This document shows, piece after piece, positions 17,875 through 25,856 of a DNA stretch of 32,000 nucleotides. A program made the translations under genes and the position numbers. Numbering within the stretch: position 1 is the first letter of the stretch; every line of letters begins with the position of its first letter. Below the pieces are notes generated by a model. It was given only the letters and a program-made list of their open reading frames with translations. It did not search any database and was not told the DNA's origin. Source of the DNA: Geotalea uraniireducens Rf4 (GTDB lineage: Bacteria > Desulfobacterota > Desulfuromonadia > Geobacterales > Geobacteraceae); assembly GCF_000016745.1 (NCBI RefSeq), contig NC_009483.1:1860001-1892000 (forward strand), given 5' to 3'.

Positions 17875-18055
17875 GTAAGAAATATAGATTGAACCGGATT
17901 TCAAGGGACTGTGGCTCGTTGCTAATGTCAGCCATTTTGGTAAAATATTTTTAATGCACTGCTCGTCGGCCGAAATCATCGGAAAGGAAAAGACGCCTTC
18001 CGACAGGGAAGTTACGGGATGGGCGGGCAATTGAGGTGAAAAAAGGAGTGATCAT

Positions 18056-18313
18056 ATGGGTAGAAAACTTTTTGTGGGAAATGTGCCTTTTACGGCCACG
18101 GAAGACCACCTAAAGGAGTTCTTCTCAAATATCGGAGAAGTTGAGACGGTCCGGGTGGTAGTTGTTCCCCACACTGGTCAGCCAAAAGGGTTTGCCTTCG
18201 TTGAGATGGTCGAGGAAGAAGATGCGAAGAAAGCTATAGTCGAGTTGAACGGCAAACCGTTTATGGGGAGGGACCTCGTCGTCAGTGATGCCCGTCCCCC
18301 GAAACCGAGATGA
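18056..18313 (+). CDS. RRM-type RNA-binding protein
   Basis: 85 aa with RNP2 (LFVGNV) and RNP1 (KGFAFVEM) motifs. AAGGAG RBS. Confidence 0.9.
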   Translation: MGRKLFVGNVPFTATEDHLKEFFSNIGEVETVRVVVVPHTGQPKGFAFVEMVEEEDAKKAIVELNGKPFMGRDLVVSDARPPKPR

Positions 18314-18969
18314 AACTGCATTTCGTGAAAAATCTTGCCGACCGGCGCGAGATAATGATGAACTACCATCTTCTGGCCAGGGGGATCCGGGATCCGGCTG
18401 TCCTTAAGGCGATGCTGGAGGTTCCGCGAGAGGCGTTCGTGGCCGAAGGGATGGAAGAGCTCGCCTACGACGATTACGCACTCCCTATCGACGAAGGACA
18501 GACCATCTCTCAGCCCTATATCGTGGCTTACATGGCCGAGTCCCTTGAACTCTCAGCTGCAGATCGCGTCCTGGAAATCGGCACCGGTTCCGGTTACGCT
18601 GCTGCGGTACTCAGCAGGATTGTCTCCACCGTCTACACCGTCGAGCGTTTAGCAGGTCTGGCCAGGAGCGCGCACCAGCGACTGGAGATGCTCAGTTATG
18701 GCAATATTCATGTCCTCGAAGGGGACGGCACCCTCGGTTGGCCGGAGTATGCACCGTACGACGCCATCGTCGTCACGGCCGGCGCACCTGATCTGCCAAA
18801 GCCCCTCCTGTCACAGCTTTCGGTCGGCGGGCGGCTCGTCATTCCGGTCGGCGCCACACCCTATTTGCAGATGCTGGTTCGGGTGCGCCGGGTCAGCGAA
18901 GAGGAGTATCGCAGCGAGGAGCTCTGCCCGGTCAGATTCGTTCCCCTCATCGGCGCTGCCGGCTGGTGA
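18310..18969 (+). CDS. pcm: protein-L-isoaspartate O-methyltransferase
   Basis: 219 aa: VPREAFV, QTISQPYIVA, and the SAM motif VLEIGTGSGY. ATGA overlap with the RRM gene stop; ATG 18355 is an alternative start. Confidence 0.9.
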   Translation: MKLHFVKNLADRREIMMNYHLLARGIRDPAVLKAMLEVPREAFVAEGMEELAYDDYALPIDEGQTISQPYIVAYMAESLELSAADRVLEIGTGSGYAAAVLSRIVSTVYTVERLAGLARSAHQRLEMLSYGNIHVLEGDGTLGWPEYAPYDAIVVTAGAPDLPKPLLSQLSVGGRLVIPVGATPYLQMLVRVRRVSEEEYRSEELCPVRFVPLIGAAGW

Positions 18970-19028
18970 GCTACCCTCAGAAGCTGGCCGATTCCACTCC
19001 ATGTTGATGTCCAACCCCTGTTTCTTCT

Positions 19029-19241
19029 TTACGCAGCCCAGCGCACAGAAGGCTTACGCTTGTGTGTCATGCAATCGCGTAGATAACTGTTGATAAGGTT
19101 TTGATAAGGAATACCAAGCTCAGCGGCAACCTCCTTGAAATATGCGAGGGCGTCCTCATCAATTCGTATTGTGATCTGCTTTTTCAGTTTCCGGGCATAA
19201 GGGTTTGGTTTTGAATCGCTGAAATCGTACTCATTTCTCAT
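19029..19241 (-). CDS. brnA: BrnA-family antitoxin (CopG/RHH-like)
   Basis: 70 aa: YDFSDSKPNPYARKLKKQITIRIDEDALAYFKEVAAELGIPYQNLINSYLR is the characteristic BrnA pattern. Confidence 0.8.
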   Translation of the reverse strand: MRNEYDFSDSKPNPYARKLKKQITIRIDEDALAYFKEVAAELGIPYQNLINSYLRDCMTHKRKPSVRWAA

Positions 19242-19426
19242 TTACTTGACCTCCGGTATATTACGGCTTCTTTACGTGTAGCCTTACGTGCAGAAAATAT
19301 CCTGATTACGGTATCATTTTCGCGATAACAGTGGCAGACCACAAGAAGCCTTGGCTTCAGGCTGATTCCGAGGATGATGAAACGGTCTTCATCTTCTGAA
19401 TGGTCAGGGTCGGCAAAAGGGCATGA
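19238..19426 (-). pseudogene. brnT: BrnT-family toxin remnant, N-terminally truncated
   Basis: The frame reads SCPFADPDHSEDEDRFIILGISLKPRLLVVCHCYRENDTVIRIFSARKATRKEAVIYRRSSK*. Its TGA overlaps the brnA ATG (ATGA). An in-frame TAG lies at 19427-19429, there is no start codon, and ~30 N-terminal residues are missing. Confidence 0.6.
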
Positions 19427-19454
19427 CTACCGTTTGATTGTCTGGGTTCTCATT

Positions 19455-20315
19455 TCAGCCATGGCCTTTGCGTTTGCGTGAGGCATACCTATACCGAGCT
19501 AATGTCTTTGAGCCCCATAAGAACGTTACGATAACAGCCGTGATTGCAATGATCGAATAGCCAACAGCCGCGTCGGCCAGCTCGAAATGTGAACGACCAC
19601 CAGGGAACACACTCCTACCGGTATTGCCCATGGCGTGAAAGAAGATGACTGCGAATATGCTCTTTCCCGTGTTGTTATAGAGCCAAACATACAGGATCCG
19701 AAAAGCAACTGTAGCGAGAAACCCCCACGCCATCAAGGTTGGGGTCTGGCCTATTTGAATCATCGACGGGAAATGCCATATCGCCCACAACGACCCCACA
19801 ATGAGGCTGGTCGTTAGTGCGCTCCACCGATCTTGCATGGGATCAATGACATATCCCATATAACCCAGCTCTTCACCCGCAGCGGCGATAAAGAAACCAA
19901 CAAAAAGTAGCGGTGTCAGAAGGGGAATGTGCCATTCGGCGGGGAGTGGTAATCCGATCAGGCGCATTACCTCGTAAGTCAGCAAGTATAGAATAGGCAT
20001 CAAGAAAATGATGGGCACATACCAGATCTTTCGCTTGATTCTCTTATAATCGAAGGCTCTCTTCAGTAGCCTCTTTACGCCACCAAATTTCTCTTCTCGA
20101 TAGACAAGGATCGAAGCCGCTATGAGCGGGACAAAAGTGGCCCCAATGTCAGTCACGGGAAGATTATCCGGAAGTCCTTCGACTTTGACCATAGTGCTAA
20201 GCACCCAAAATAGAATGGTAAGAGCGAAAACCAACAAGAAGAAGATCAAAGGAGACTTGCTTGTTGATGGGTAGGAATTCGGGTAGGAATTCGGGCCAGG
20301 CTTCCAAGTTGTCAA
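19455..20315 (-). CDS. CPBP-family intramembrane metalloprotease (CAAX protease/Abi-like)
   Basis: ~286 aa, multi-TM, with motifs AAAGEELGYMGY, SLWAIWHFP and FFHAMGNT. Only a TTG start is available at 20315. The N-terminal PNSYPNSYP is encoded by a 12-bp tandem duplication. Confidence 0.75.
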   Translation of the reverse strand: MTTWKPGPNSYPNSYPSTSKSPLIFFLLVFALTILFWVLSTMVKVEGLPDNLPVTDIGATFVPLIAASILVYREEKFGGVKRLLKRAFDYKRIKRKIWYVPIIFLMPILYLLTYEVMRLIGLPLPAEWHIPLLTPLLFVGFFIAAAGEELGYMGYVIDPMQDRWSALTTSLIVGSLWAIWHFPSMIQIGQTPTLMAWGFLATVAFRILYVWLYNNTGKSIFAVIFFHAMGNTGRSVFPGGRSHFELADAAVGYSIIAITAVIVTFLWGSKTLARYRYASRKRKGHG

Positions 20316-21299
20316 GTCGCCTCCTCAAATGCAGCTTTCAGCAAGCGTACTCGATCGGCCAACTCTTTTACTTCCTGCATGCGGTACGACAAGCGGCTTA
20401 CTGATGAACTGATACTCCCTGCATCCCGGTTTACGAGCTTGCCGACATCGGAAAGCGTAGCGCAACCTAACTCACGGGCCAGCCAGCCTATGACAGCGCG
20501 CGCCTCGGAGGCGACTCTTTGCTGTGACTGCATCTTTAACGTAGCCTCATCGATATTATACACATGGCACACCTTGTCAACAATTTCTTGTGTCGTCAAT
20601 CGGAGAGGTATGCCTCCAAGACTGGCAAGGCATTTGTCCATAAAGCTGTCATTGCCGAGGAGTCGCGAATCTTCTCGCCCACCGTGAAACTCAGGCCGGT
20701 ATTCTTCACCCAACCCGTCCAGCACGAATGTCCTGTAGCCGGCACGTGCTTTTGCGGCCGATTTCCCGAACTGCCCGAGCATCCAGTCTGTGGTCAGCCA
20801 GGGAAGGAATTCCTTGCCGAGGTAGGACCGATGGCTACTCCAGGGATATTCCTCATGGTCATTGACCATGCCGGCCCGCACCGGATTGAGATGGATGTAG
20901 CGGATCAGTTCCAGCAGATAGCTGTCGCCATCAATCAGGACAGCCTTGTATCGCCCCTGGAAAAGATGGCCGGTTCTTTTTTCCCGCCAGTTGATCCAGC
21001 GGGTATAGCGGAATGAGAGATTGTGCATGCCGCGTGATAGGGGAATATCGCCGGCCTGCAAGGCAATATGGATATGATTGGTCATGAGACAGAAAGCGTG
21101 AACGCGGTAGCCAAACCGACAAGTCCCTTCCTGGAGAAGGAGGTAGAAACGGTAACGGTCATCTTCAGTGAGGAAAACGGATTGACCGCCGTTACCCCGG
21201 AAAATGACGTGGTAAAGTCCACCGGGGAGATGGATGCGTGGTTTACGTGCCATGCTGGAATGATAGCTCCTTCCTCCAACTTGTCAACTTGGAAGCCTG
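20297..21299 (-). mobile_element. 1-kb unit: RayT-like gene bracketed by 21-bp inverted repeats
   Basis: caggcttccaagttgtcaagt (20297-20317) versus the reverse complement of acttgtcaacttggaagcctg (21279-21299), with 20/21 identical. The left IR contains the transposase stop codon. Confidence 0.5.
20312..21253 (-). CDS. RayT-like HUH/Y1 transposase (IS200-like Y1_Tnp domain) with C-terminal DnaA-domain-IV-like HTH
   Basis: 313 aa: HUH motif LMTNHIHIAL, the catalytic-Tyr region LIRYIHLNPVRAG, and YPWSSHRSY. The C-terminus ARAVIGWLARELGCATLSDVGKLVNRDAGSISSSVSRL resembles the DnaA C-terminal DNA-binding domain. Confidence 0.8.
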   Translation of the reverse strand: MARKPRIHLPGGLYHVIFRGNGGQSVFLTEDDRYRFYLLLQEGTCRFGYRVHAFCLMTNHIHIALQAGDIPLSRGMHNLSFRYTRWINWREKRTGHLFQGRYKAVLIDGDSYLLELIRYIHLNPVRAGMVNDHEEYPWSSHRSYLGKEFLPWLTTDWMLGQFGKSAAKARAGYRTFVLDGLGEEYRPEFHGGREDSRLLGNDSFMDKCLASLGGIPLRLTTQEIVDKVCHVYNIDEATLKMQSQQRVASEARAVIGWLARELGCATLSDVGKLVNRDAGSISSSVSRLSYRMQEVKELADRVRLLKAAFEEAT

Positions 21300-21534
21300 A
21301 CCCCATTTTCCCCCCAATATGGTTCTTATGTTTATATTCGCTTTTTGTTTTATTTCGCCTTTATGCCTGTGAATTTATTTAGGTTTTAAGTTTCCGCGAA
21401 GCGGTTTAGTTCAACGCCATAAGGCTGACCGGCCGTTTTTGGAGCCGGTCCTGCCGCTGGTTGAAACTTCGTATTTTGCAGTGGAGGAATTATCTTATGT
21501 CGGGGTATAAACCCCTTTGGTTTGTTGTTGTAAG

Positions 21535-21771
21535 TCAAAAAGATGAATTACCTCGAATCTGACGCTTTTTCTCTTCTGGCATCTGTCTTCTCAGTTCCTC
21601 TGCTGCTTCAAGCTTTTTCTTAATGAGTATAAGTTCTTCATCGGCCACTTTCTTTAAATATTCGTATCTTTCCTTGTCCGGATTCTCAGCGATTTTTGCT
21701 GCTAAGGCTTTCAATTCGCTGTCGCTACTCTTAACCGCTGAAAGTATCTCGGCATTACTTATGCCTAGCAT
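21535..21771 (-). CDS. hypothetical coiled-coil protein (78 aa)
   Basis: ORF in a low-GC stretch, charged and helical. No recognisable family. Confidence 0.35.
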   Translation of the reverse strand: MLGISNAEILSAVKSSDSELKALAAKIAENPDKERYEYLKKVADEELILIKKKLEAAEELRRQMPEEKKRQIRGNSSF

Positions 21772-21919
21772 TGTTACCGGATTTGGACCGACCTTCTCTT
21801 GATGATCAACGTCAACTATTTTTCCCGGTCAACGACAATTATAATTCCCGTTTTAAGTGCGGTAGCAGAAACGGAGGGAGCCCGTAGGGCGACCTGCGTT
21901 TCCGCTACCAAGCGAACCG

Positions 21920-22171
21920 CTACTCGTGCTGCTGCATAAGCTCTTTTGCCTTTTTCTGGCTATAGTCAATATCCGCCCTCGATATGTCATACAGCCAGAT
22001 TGGATACGTATTATCGAGGGCTTTGATGAGAAGCCCGCCGTCGAAATCCGTGATAGTGGCGACAACACGGGTATTCTCACTGTTTTCGAACCAGGTCGTA
22101 TTCTCTGCCGTGAGATCCACATCGAGCGTTTCCAGTCGGCCTTTTTGAGGATTATATACCGTGAATTCCAT
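21920..22171 (-). CDS. hypothetical protein (83 aa) inside the IS21 element, downstream of istB
   Basis: The ATG is 12 nt after the istB stop, with a GGAG-containing upstream sequence. A 13-bp-stem hairpin follows (21860-21915). No recognisable family. Confidence 0.45.
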   Translation of the reverse strand: MEFTVYNPQKGRLETLDVDLTAENTTWFENSENTRVVATITDFDGGLLIKALDNTYPIWLYDISRADIDYSQKKAKELMQQHE

Positions 22172-22185
22172 ACGTTCTCAGCTCC

Positions 22186-22998
22186 TTAACCCGCCGTGTT
22201 TTGTTCCTGCGGCTCTGCTTGAGCCGATTGGACAGCAACGGTTTCCTTTGATTTTTGGGATTGCTCCAATCTGTAACTGGATAAGTTCAGCTCCAGGATA
22301 ACGCTGTGATGGACCAATCGGTCAATTGCTGCTGCCGTGGTCATGGGATCTTTAAAAATCTGCTCCCATTTGGAGAACGGCAAATTGCTGGTGATCATTA
22401 TGCTGCTGCGCTCATAGCGGTCGGCAAGAAGAGTGAAGAGAACTTCCATCTCTTCCCGGCTTTGCTGCACGTAGCCGATGTCGTCAATGATCAGGGCTTC
22501 ATACTTCGCGTACTGCTTGAGAACACGCGCCAGTTTCAGGTCCCGTTTCGCGATCAGAAGTTCCTGCACCAGCAGGTTGCAGGGGATAAAACGGATCTGC
22601 CGTCCCTGGTAAATCAACTCCTGAGCGATCGCGCATACGAGATGAGTCTTGCCGCTGCCGGGATTGCCAAATGCCAGTACGTTCTCTCTATGCTCAAGAA
22701 AGTCTCCTTTCAACAGGAGATTGAGCTGTGCATCCACCTTCCGGGGCAGACGCTTGCGGTCAAAGGCTTTCAGACTTTTTTCCAAGGGAAGTTTTGATTC
22801 CCTGAGCAGGCGGGCAATTCGATTGTTTTGCCGGTCCTCACATTCGCGTTCGGCTAATTCATAAAGATAGGTTTCGTAATCCCAGTTGTCTCGCCGGGCA
22901 TTGATGGCCTCGTCCTGATAGCAGCGCCGCACGGTGGGCAAGTGTAACTCTTTGAGGCGCCGGTCCAGGCGGCCGGCTTTTTCACCTTCACACTGCAT
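22186..22998 (-). CDS. istB: IS21-family helper ATPase IstB
   Basis: Walker A GNPGSGKTH, Walker B LIIDDIGY, and DRLVHHS. The likely start is ATG 22998, overlapping the istA end. Confidence 0.9.
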   Translation of the reverse strand: MQCEGEKAGRLDRRLKELHLPTVRRCYQDEAINARRDNWDYETYLYELAERECEDRQNNRIARLLRESKLPLEKSLKAFDRKRLPRKVDAQLNLLLKGDFLEHRENVLAFGNPGSGKTHLVCAIAQELIYQGRQIRFIPCNLLVQELLIAKRDLKLARVLKQYAKYEALIIDDIGYVQQSREEMEVLFTLLADRYERSSIMITSNLPFSKWEQIFKDPMTTAAAIDRLVHHSVILELNLSSYRLEQSQKSKETVAVQSAQAEPQEQNTAG

Positions 22999-24484
22999 AT
23001 GACACCTCCTCATTCAACAGGAGACGATCATAAGCGGCCAGGTCCACCTGAGCGATACTGACTTCGGCAACAGGGGACGGCGGCTGTTGTTTGTGAAGGA
23101 TTTCTTCCACGGCACAGGCAGTGATCGGTTGCCGGCCGCAGAGATCAGAAAGGGCTGCTCCTACGGCTGTTTCGCTCTCCATGGCTGCCATGCGCAATAT
23201 TTTTAGGTATTCCCTGACGGCCTGCTGCGGCGTATGCCGCTCTTTGAGTTCATCATAGGCAAGCCGGAAATAGCTGCCGGGAAACATCTCTTCCCGGTAG
23301 CGGTAGTTCTCGAACGCCCCCGGCTTACGCTCCAGTTGGTCGATCATGTGCCGGTAATTGATCAGATGCCGATTTTCCCCGCGCAAGCGGGGAAGCGTGT
23401 CCACACACTTTTGGGCATAGAAAAGATCGAGATGTTCGGCAAAAAGGTGAACCTGAATGGTTTCACCGATCAATCTGCTTTCAACCGAGTAGACGTTGTG
23501 GTTGACGCGGATGGTGCTGCTCGGGCCGACGCTGACGGATAGGCGCTTGCAGCTTTCCAGGCGCTGATCCGGGAGGCTGTGCAAGACCCGTTGTTCTTCC
23601 AGAAACCGTTCACGGCGGCCGCTGTTTAATCTGGCGAAGAGTTTTTTCAGAAATTGCTTGTAGTCGTCGAGAGTGGCGAAATCAGCGCCTCCTCGCAGCA
23701 ACAGAGCCTGCTGGACCGCTTTTTTGAGCCGATAGTTGCTCTGCTCCACATCTCCATTTTCATTGGGGCTTGCTGCCTGTGTTTTGCGCCCGGTGAGTCC
23801 GTAGTGTTTGAGCAGCGCCTGGTAGCGTTGGGTAAATTCATCCGGGTGCAGGGCTTTTTGCACCGCTGCCGTCAGCCGGTCTGTCTGGTGAGTCTGCGGC
23901 ACACCGCCCAGTTCCCATAATGCGGCCTGTAGCCCTTCGCTGAGGCTTTCGAAGCTTTCTGAGAAGCAGACGCTGCCCGTTTCCCAGTTGGAGTAGGTCA
24001 GCACAAAATGATACAGCAGATGGTCAAATGGCTGATTGGCGATGGTGATTCCCAGTTTCTCCATGTGTGTGTAATCCGACTGCGCCAGTTCGCCGGGGCG
24101 GTGCAGTTGGGGGAAAAAGATTTCCTGGGAAGGCCCCTCCAGGGCACGCCAGCGCTTAATCCGTCGCTGGAGAGTCCGTAATTGCCCGTCCGAAAACTTG
24201 CCGGGAAAGCGGTTCTGCAAGTCATCGAAAAGAGTTTTTGCTTCAAATCCCGGATTTGAAGCAAGGTTTTCGCGGACTTCATCCCAAATGTCTTCGAAAG
24301 GATCTGGCCGGGTCCGCCATGTTCGCTCTTTTATGAGCTCACTTGGCAACCTGCCTGTCTTTAGATACTTTCGAGCAGTTTTTTCGTCCATGCCAGATTT
24401 GGCTGCGGCTACAGCTTGTGTTTTTTCCGTTTGCATCAGCTTGAATAACCTCCTTACCTGTTGATCAGTTACCATCCGTGCCAT
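22988..24484 (-). CDS. istA: IS21-family transposase IstA
   Basis: ~498 aa with an N-terminal HTH and DDE integrase-core-like regions (QSDYTHM..., QTDRLTAAV, NENGDVEQSN). Start ATG 24484 or 24475. Confidence 0.9.
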   Translation of the reverse strand: MARMVTDQQVRRLFKLMQTEKTQAVAAAKSGMDEKTARKYLKTGRLPSELIKERTWRTRPDPFEDIWDEVRENLASNPGFEAKTLFDDLQNRFPGKFSDGQLRTLQRRIKRWRALEGPSQEIFFPQLHRPGELAQSDYTHMEKLGITIANQPFDHLLYHFVLTYSNWETGSVCFSESFESLSEGLQAALWELGGVPQTHQTDRLTAAVQKALHPDEFTQRYQALLKHYGLTGRKTQAASPNENGDVEQSNYRLKKAVQQALLLRGGADFATLDDYKQFLKKLFARLNSGRRERFLEEQRVLHSLPDQRLESCKRLSVSVGPSSTIRVNHNVYSVESRLIGETIQVHLFAEHLDLFYAQKCVDTLPRLRGENRHLINYRHMIDQLERKPGAFENYRYREEMFPGSYFRLAYDELKERHTPQQAVREYLKILRMAAMESETAVGAALSDLCGRQPITACAVEEILHKQQPPSPVAEVSIAQVDLAAYDRLLLNEEVSYAV

Positions 24485-24588
24485 CCTTTTTTCCAAAGAT
24501 GGTGGATAGTTTACAATTCCACAAATTACCGGGAATTATAATTGTCGTCAGGCGGGAGTTTTAATTGTCGCTGATCACAAATTGAAAG

Positions 24589-24621
24589 AAAAAGCCCCGG
24601 CCGTTTCCGACCGGGGCTTTT
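24589..24621 (-). terminator. bidirectional-looking rho-independent terminator downstream of the S9 peptidase remnant
   Basis: aaaaa-gccccgg...ccggggc-tttt, with A-run and T-run flanks. It abuts the right end of the IS21 element. Confidence 0.6.
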
Positions 24622-24646
24622 CCCGTCTCTTATCTGATCGCGTTTG

Positions 24647-25616
24647 CTACGGATGGCCTCCAAGATTCTGCACGAAATAGTTCACGCTCGCCGCGAGGGC
24701 GGTGGCAAGCCCGTCACCCGCGTAATGGTGGTCTTCGTTCGGCAGCGGGACGAAATAGAACGGCTTGTCGTACTGCTCCAGCACCTGAATCAAGTTGATC
24801 GAGTTTTCCAGGTGGACGTTCGTGTCCGCCAGCCCGTGGATGATCAGGGGGGCGGCCATGAGCTGGTCCGCAATTGTGATGAGGTTGGTAGCCGCATATC
24901 CCGCGGGGTTGTCCGACGGGGTCTGCATGTAGCGTTCGGTGTAGATCGTGTCGTAGTACGCCCAGTTGGTGGGGCCCGAACCGTCCACGCCGACCTTGAA
25001 GACCTCGGGTGCGTGGATGAGCCCGTACAGGGTCAGGAATCCGCCGAACGATTTGCCATCGGTGCCGATCCGGCTCGCGTCCACATAAGGGAGGGTGCGC
25101 AGGTATTCGACCCCGGCTAATTGGTCGTCGAGCGCGGCCTTGCCCAGTTCCTTGTAAATGGGAGTTTCGAAGCGGTGTCCGCGTCCGAAGCTGCCGCGGT
25201 TGTCAAGCCTCCAGACAATGAACCCCTCCTGGGTGTAGAGCACATCTCGCTCGATATGGTTAAAGATGTTGGTGGCTCCGTACCGGTTCGACACCAGCTG
25301 CTGGGTGGGTCCGCCATACCAGTGAATGATCACCGGATATTTGCGGTTGGGGTTGAAATTCTCCGGTTTGACGATCTGCGCGTACAGCTCGATTCCCGTT
25401 CCTGGGTTCTACGAATGCCAGGACAGCTCCCTTGGGGCTCCAGGCGAATGCCGACGGGCCGGGTCCCATCAGCGCGTTCGGCTGGACAAGCATCCGCGCC
25501 GTTACCTTCTCGGGGACAGGTGGCGTGGGCTGCTGTTCACCGCTACATCCGGCAAGGCCGACGAGAATCAGGGCGAGAATGAACGAAAAGCACGACGTAA
25601 TGTTAAGCTTTTTCAT
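24647..25616 (-). pseudogene. S9 (DPP-IV/prolyl oligopeptidase-like) serine peptidase with internal deletion and frameshift
   Basis: ORF 25260..25616 encodes a lipoprotein signal (LVGLAGC) plus the first propeller strand (FAWSPKGAVLAFVEP). One frame over, the sequence resumes at PGTGIELYAQIVKPENFNPNRKYPVIIHWYGGP. It then runs through an intact catalytic domain (GKSFGG, HGLADTNV, EDHH). About 400 aa of beta-propeller is absent, and the junction is near 25400-25412. Confidence 0.7.
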
Positions 25617-25803
25617 TGTCTGATCTCCTGGAGAAGGTTTCTTCTCTTCAGCGGCAATATTATATCACAAACATAGTTGGTGAAAAATTATTTATTAGAA
25701 TTGTATTGACGGCATGGTTACGACAACCGTAATGTCGGCGGCAGCCGGCCGACCTTGGCGCGGAACTCCTCTTTCCGGGTTAAACTCCGCTCAGCTCTGG
25801 CCA

Positions 25804-25831
25804 CAAAAAAAGCGGAGAGTTTCCTCTCCGC
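25804..25831 (-). terminator. rho-independent terminator (minus strand)
   Basis: On the minus strand, gcggagag-gaaa-ctctccgc is followed by tttttttgtgg. It lies ~270 nt downstream of the LtaS-family gene. Confidence 0.5.
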
Positions 25832-25856
25832 CCGGATTGAATATGTCTGGTTTTTT

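Larger units (their letters stand above)
21803..24577 (-). mobile_element. IS21-family insertion sequence (istA-istB plus an extra ORF)
   Basis: A perfect 19-bp inverted repeat, acgacaattataattcccg (21832-21850) / cgggaattataattgtcgt (24530-24548). Weaker outer repeats end in TGATCA at 21803-21808 and 24572-24577, giving TG...CA termini. No clear target-site duplication was seen. Confidence 0.8.

Noticed and set aside
17815-18030. 71-aa minus-strand ORF in the RRM gene leader region.
   Set aside because: It has no RBS, lies in AT-rich non-coding-looking sequence, and overlaps a probable terminator and leader.
21795-24585. Target-site duplication for the IS21 element (ttga at 21799-21802 versus ttga at 24582-24585).
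   Set aside because: The right-hand copy is not adjacent to the inferred terminus (4-nt offset), and a 4-nt match is expected by chance.
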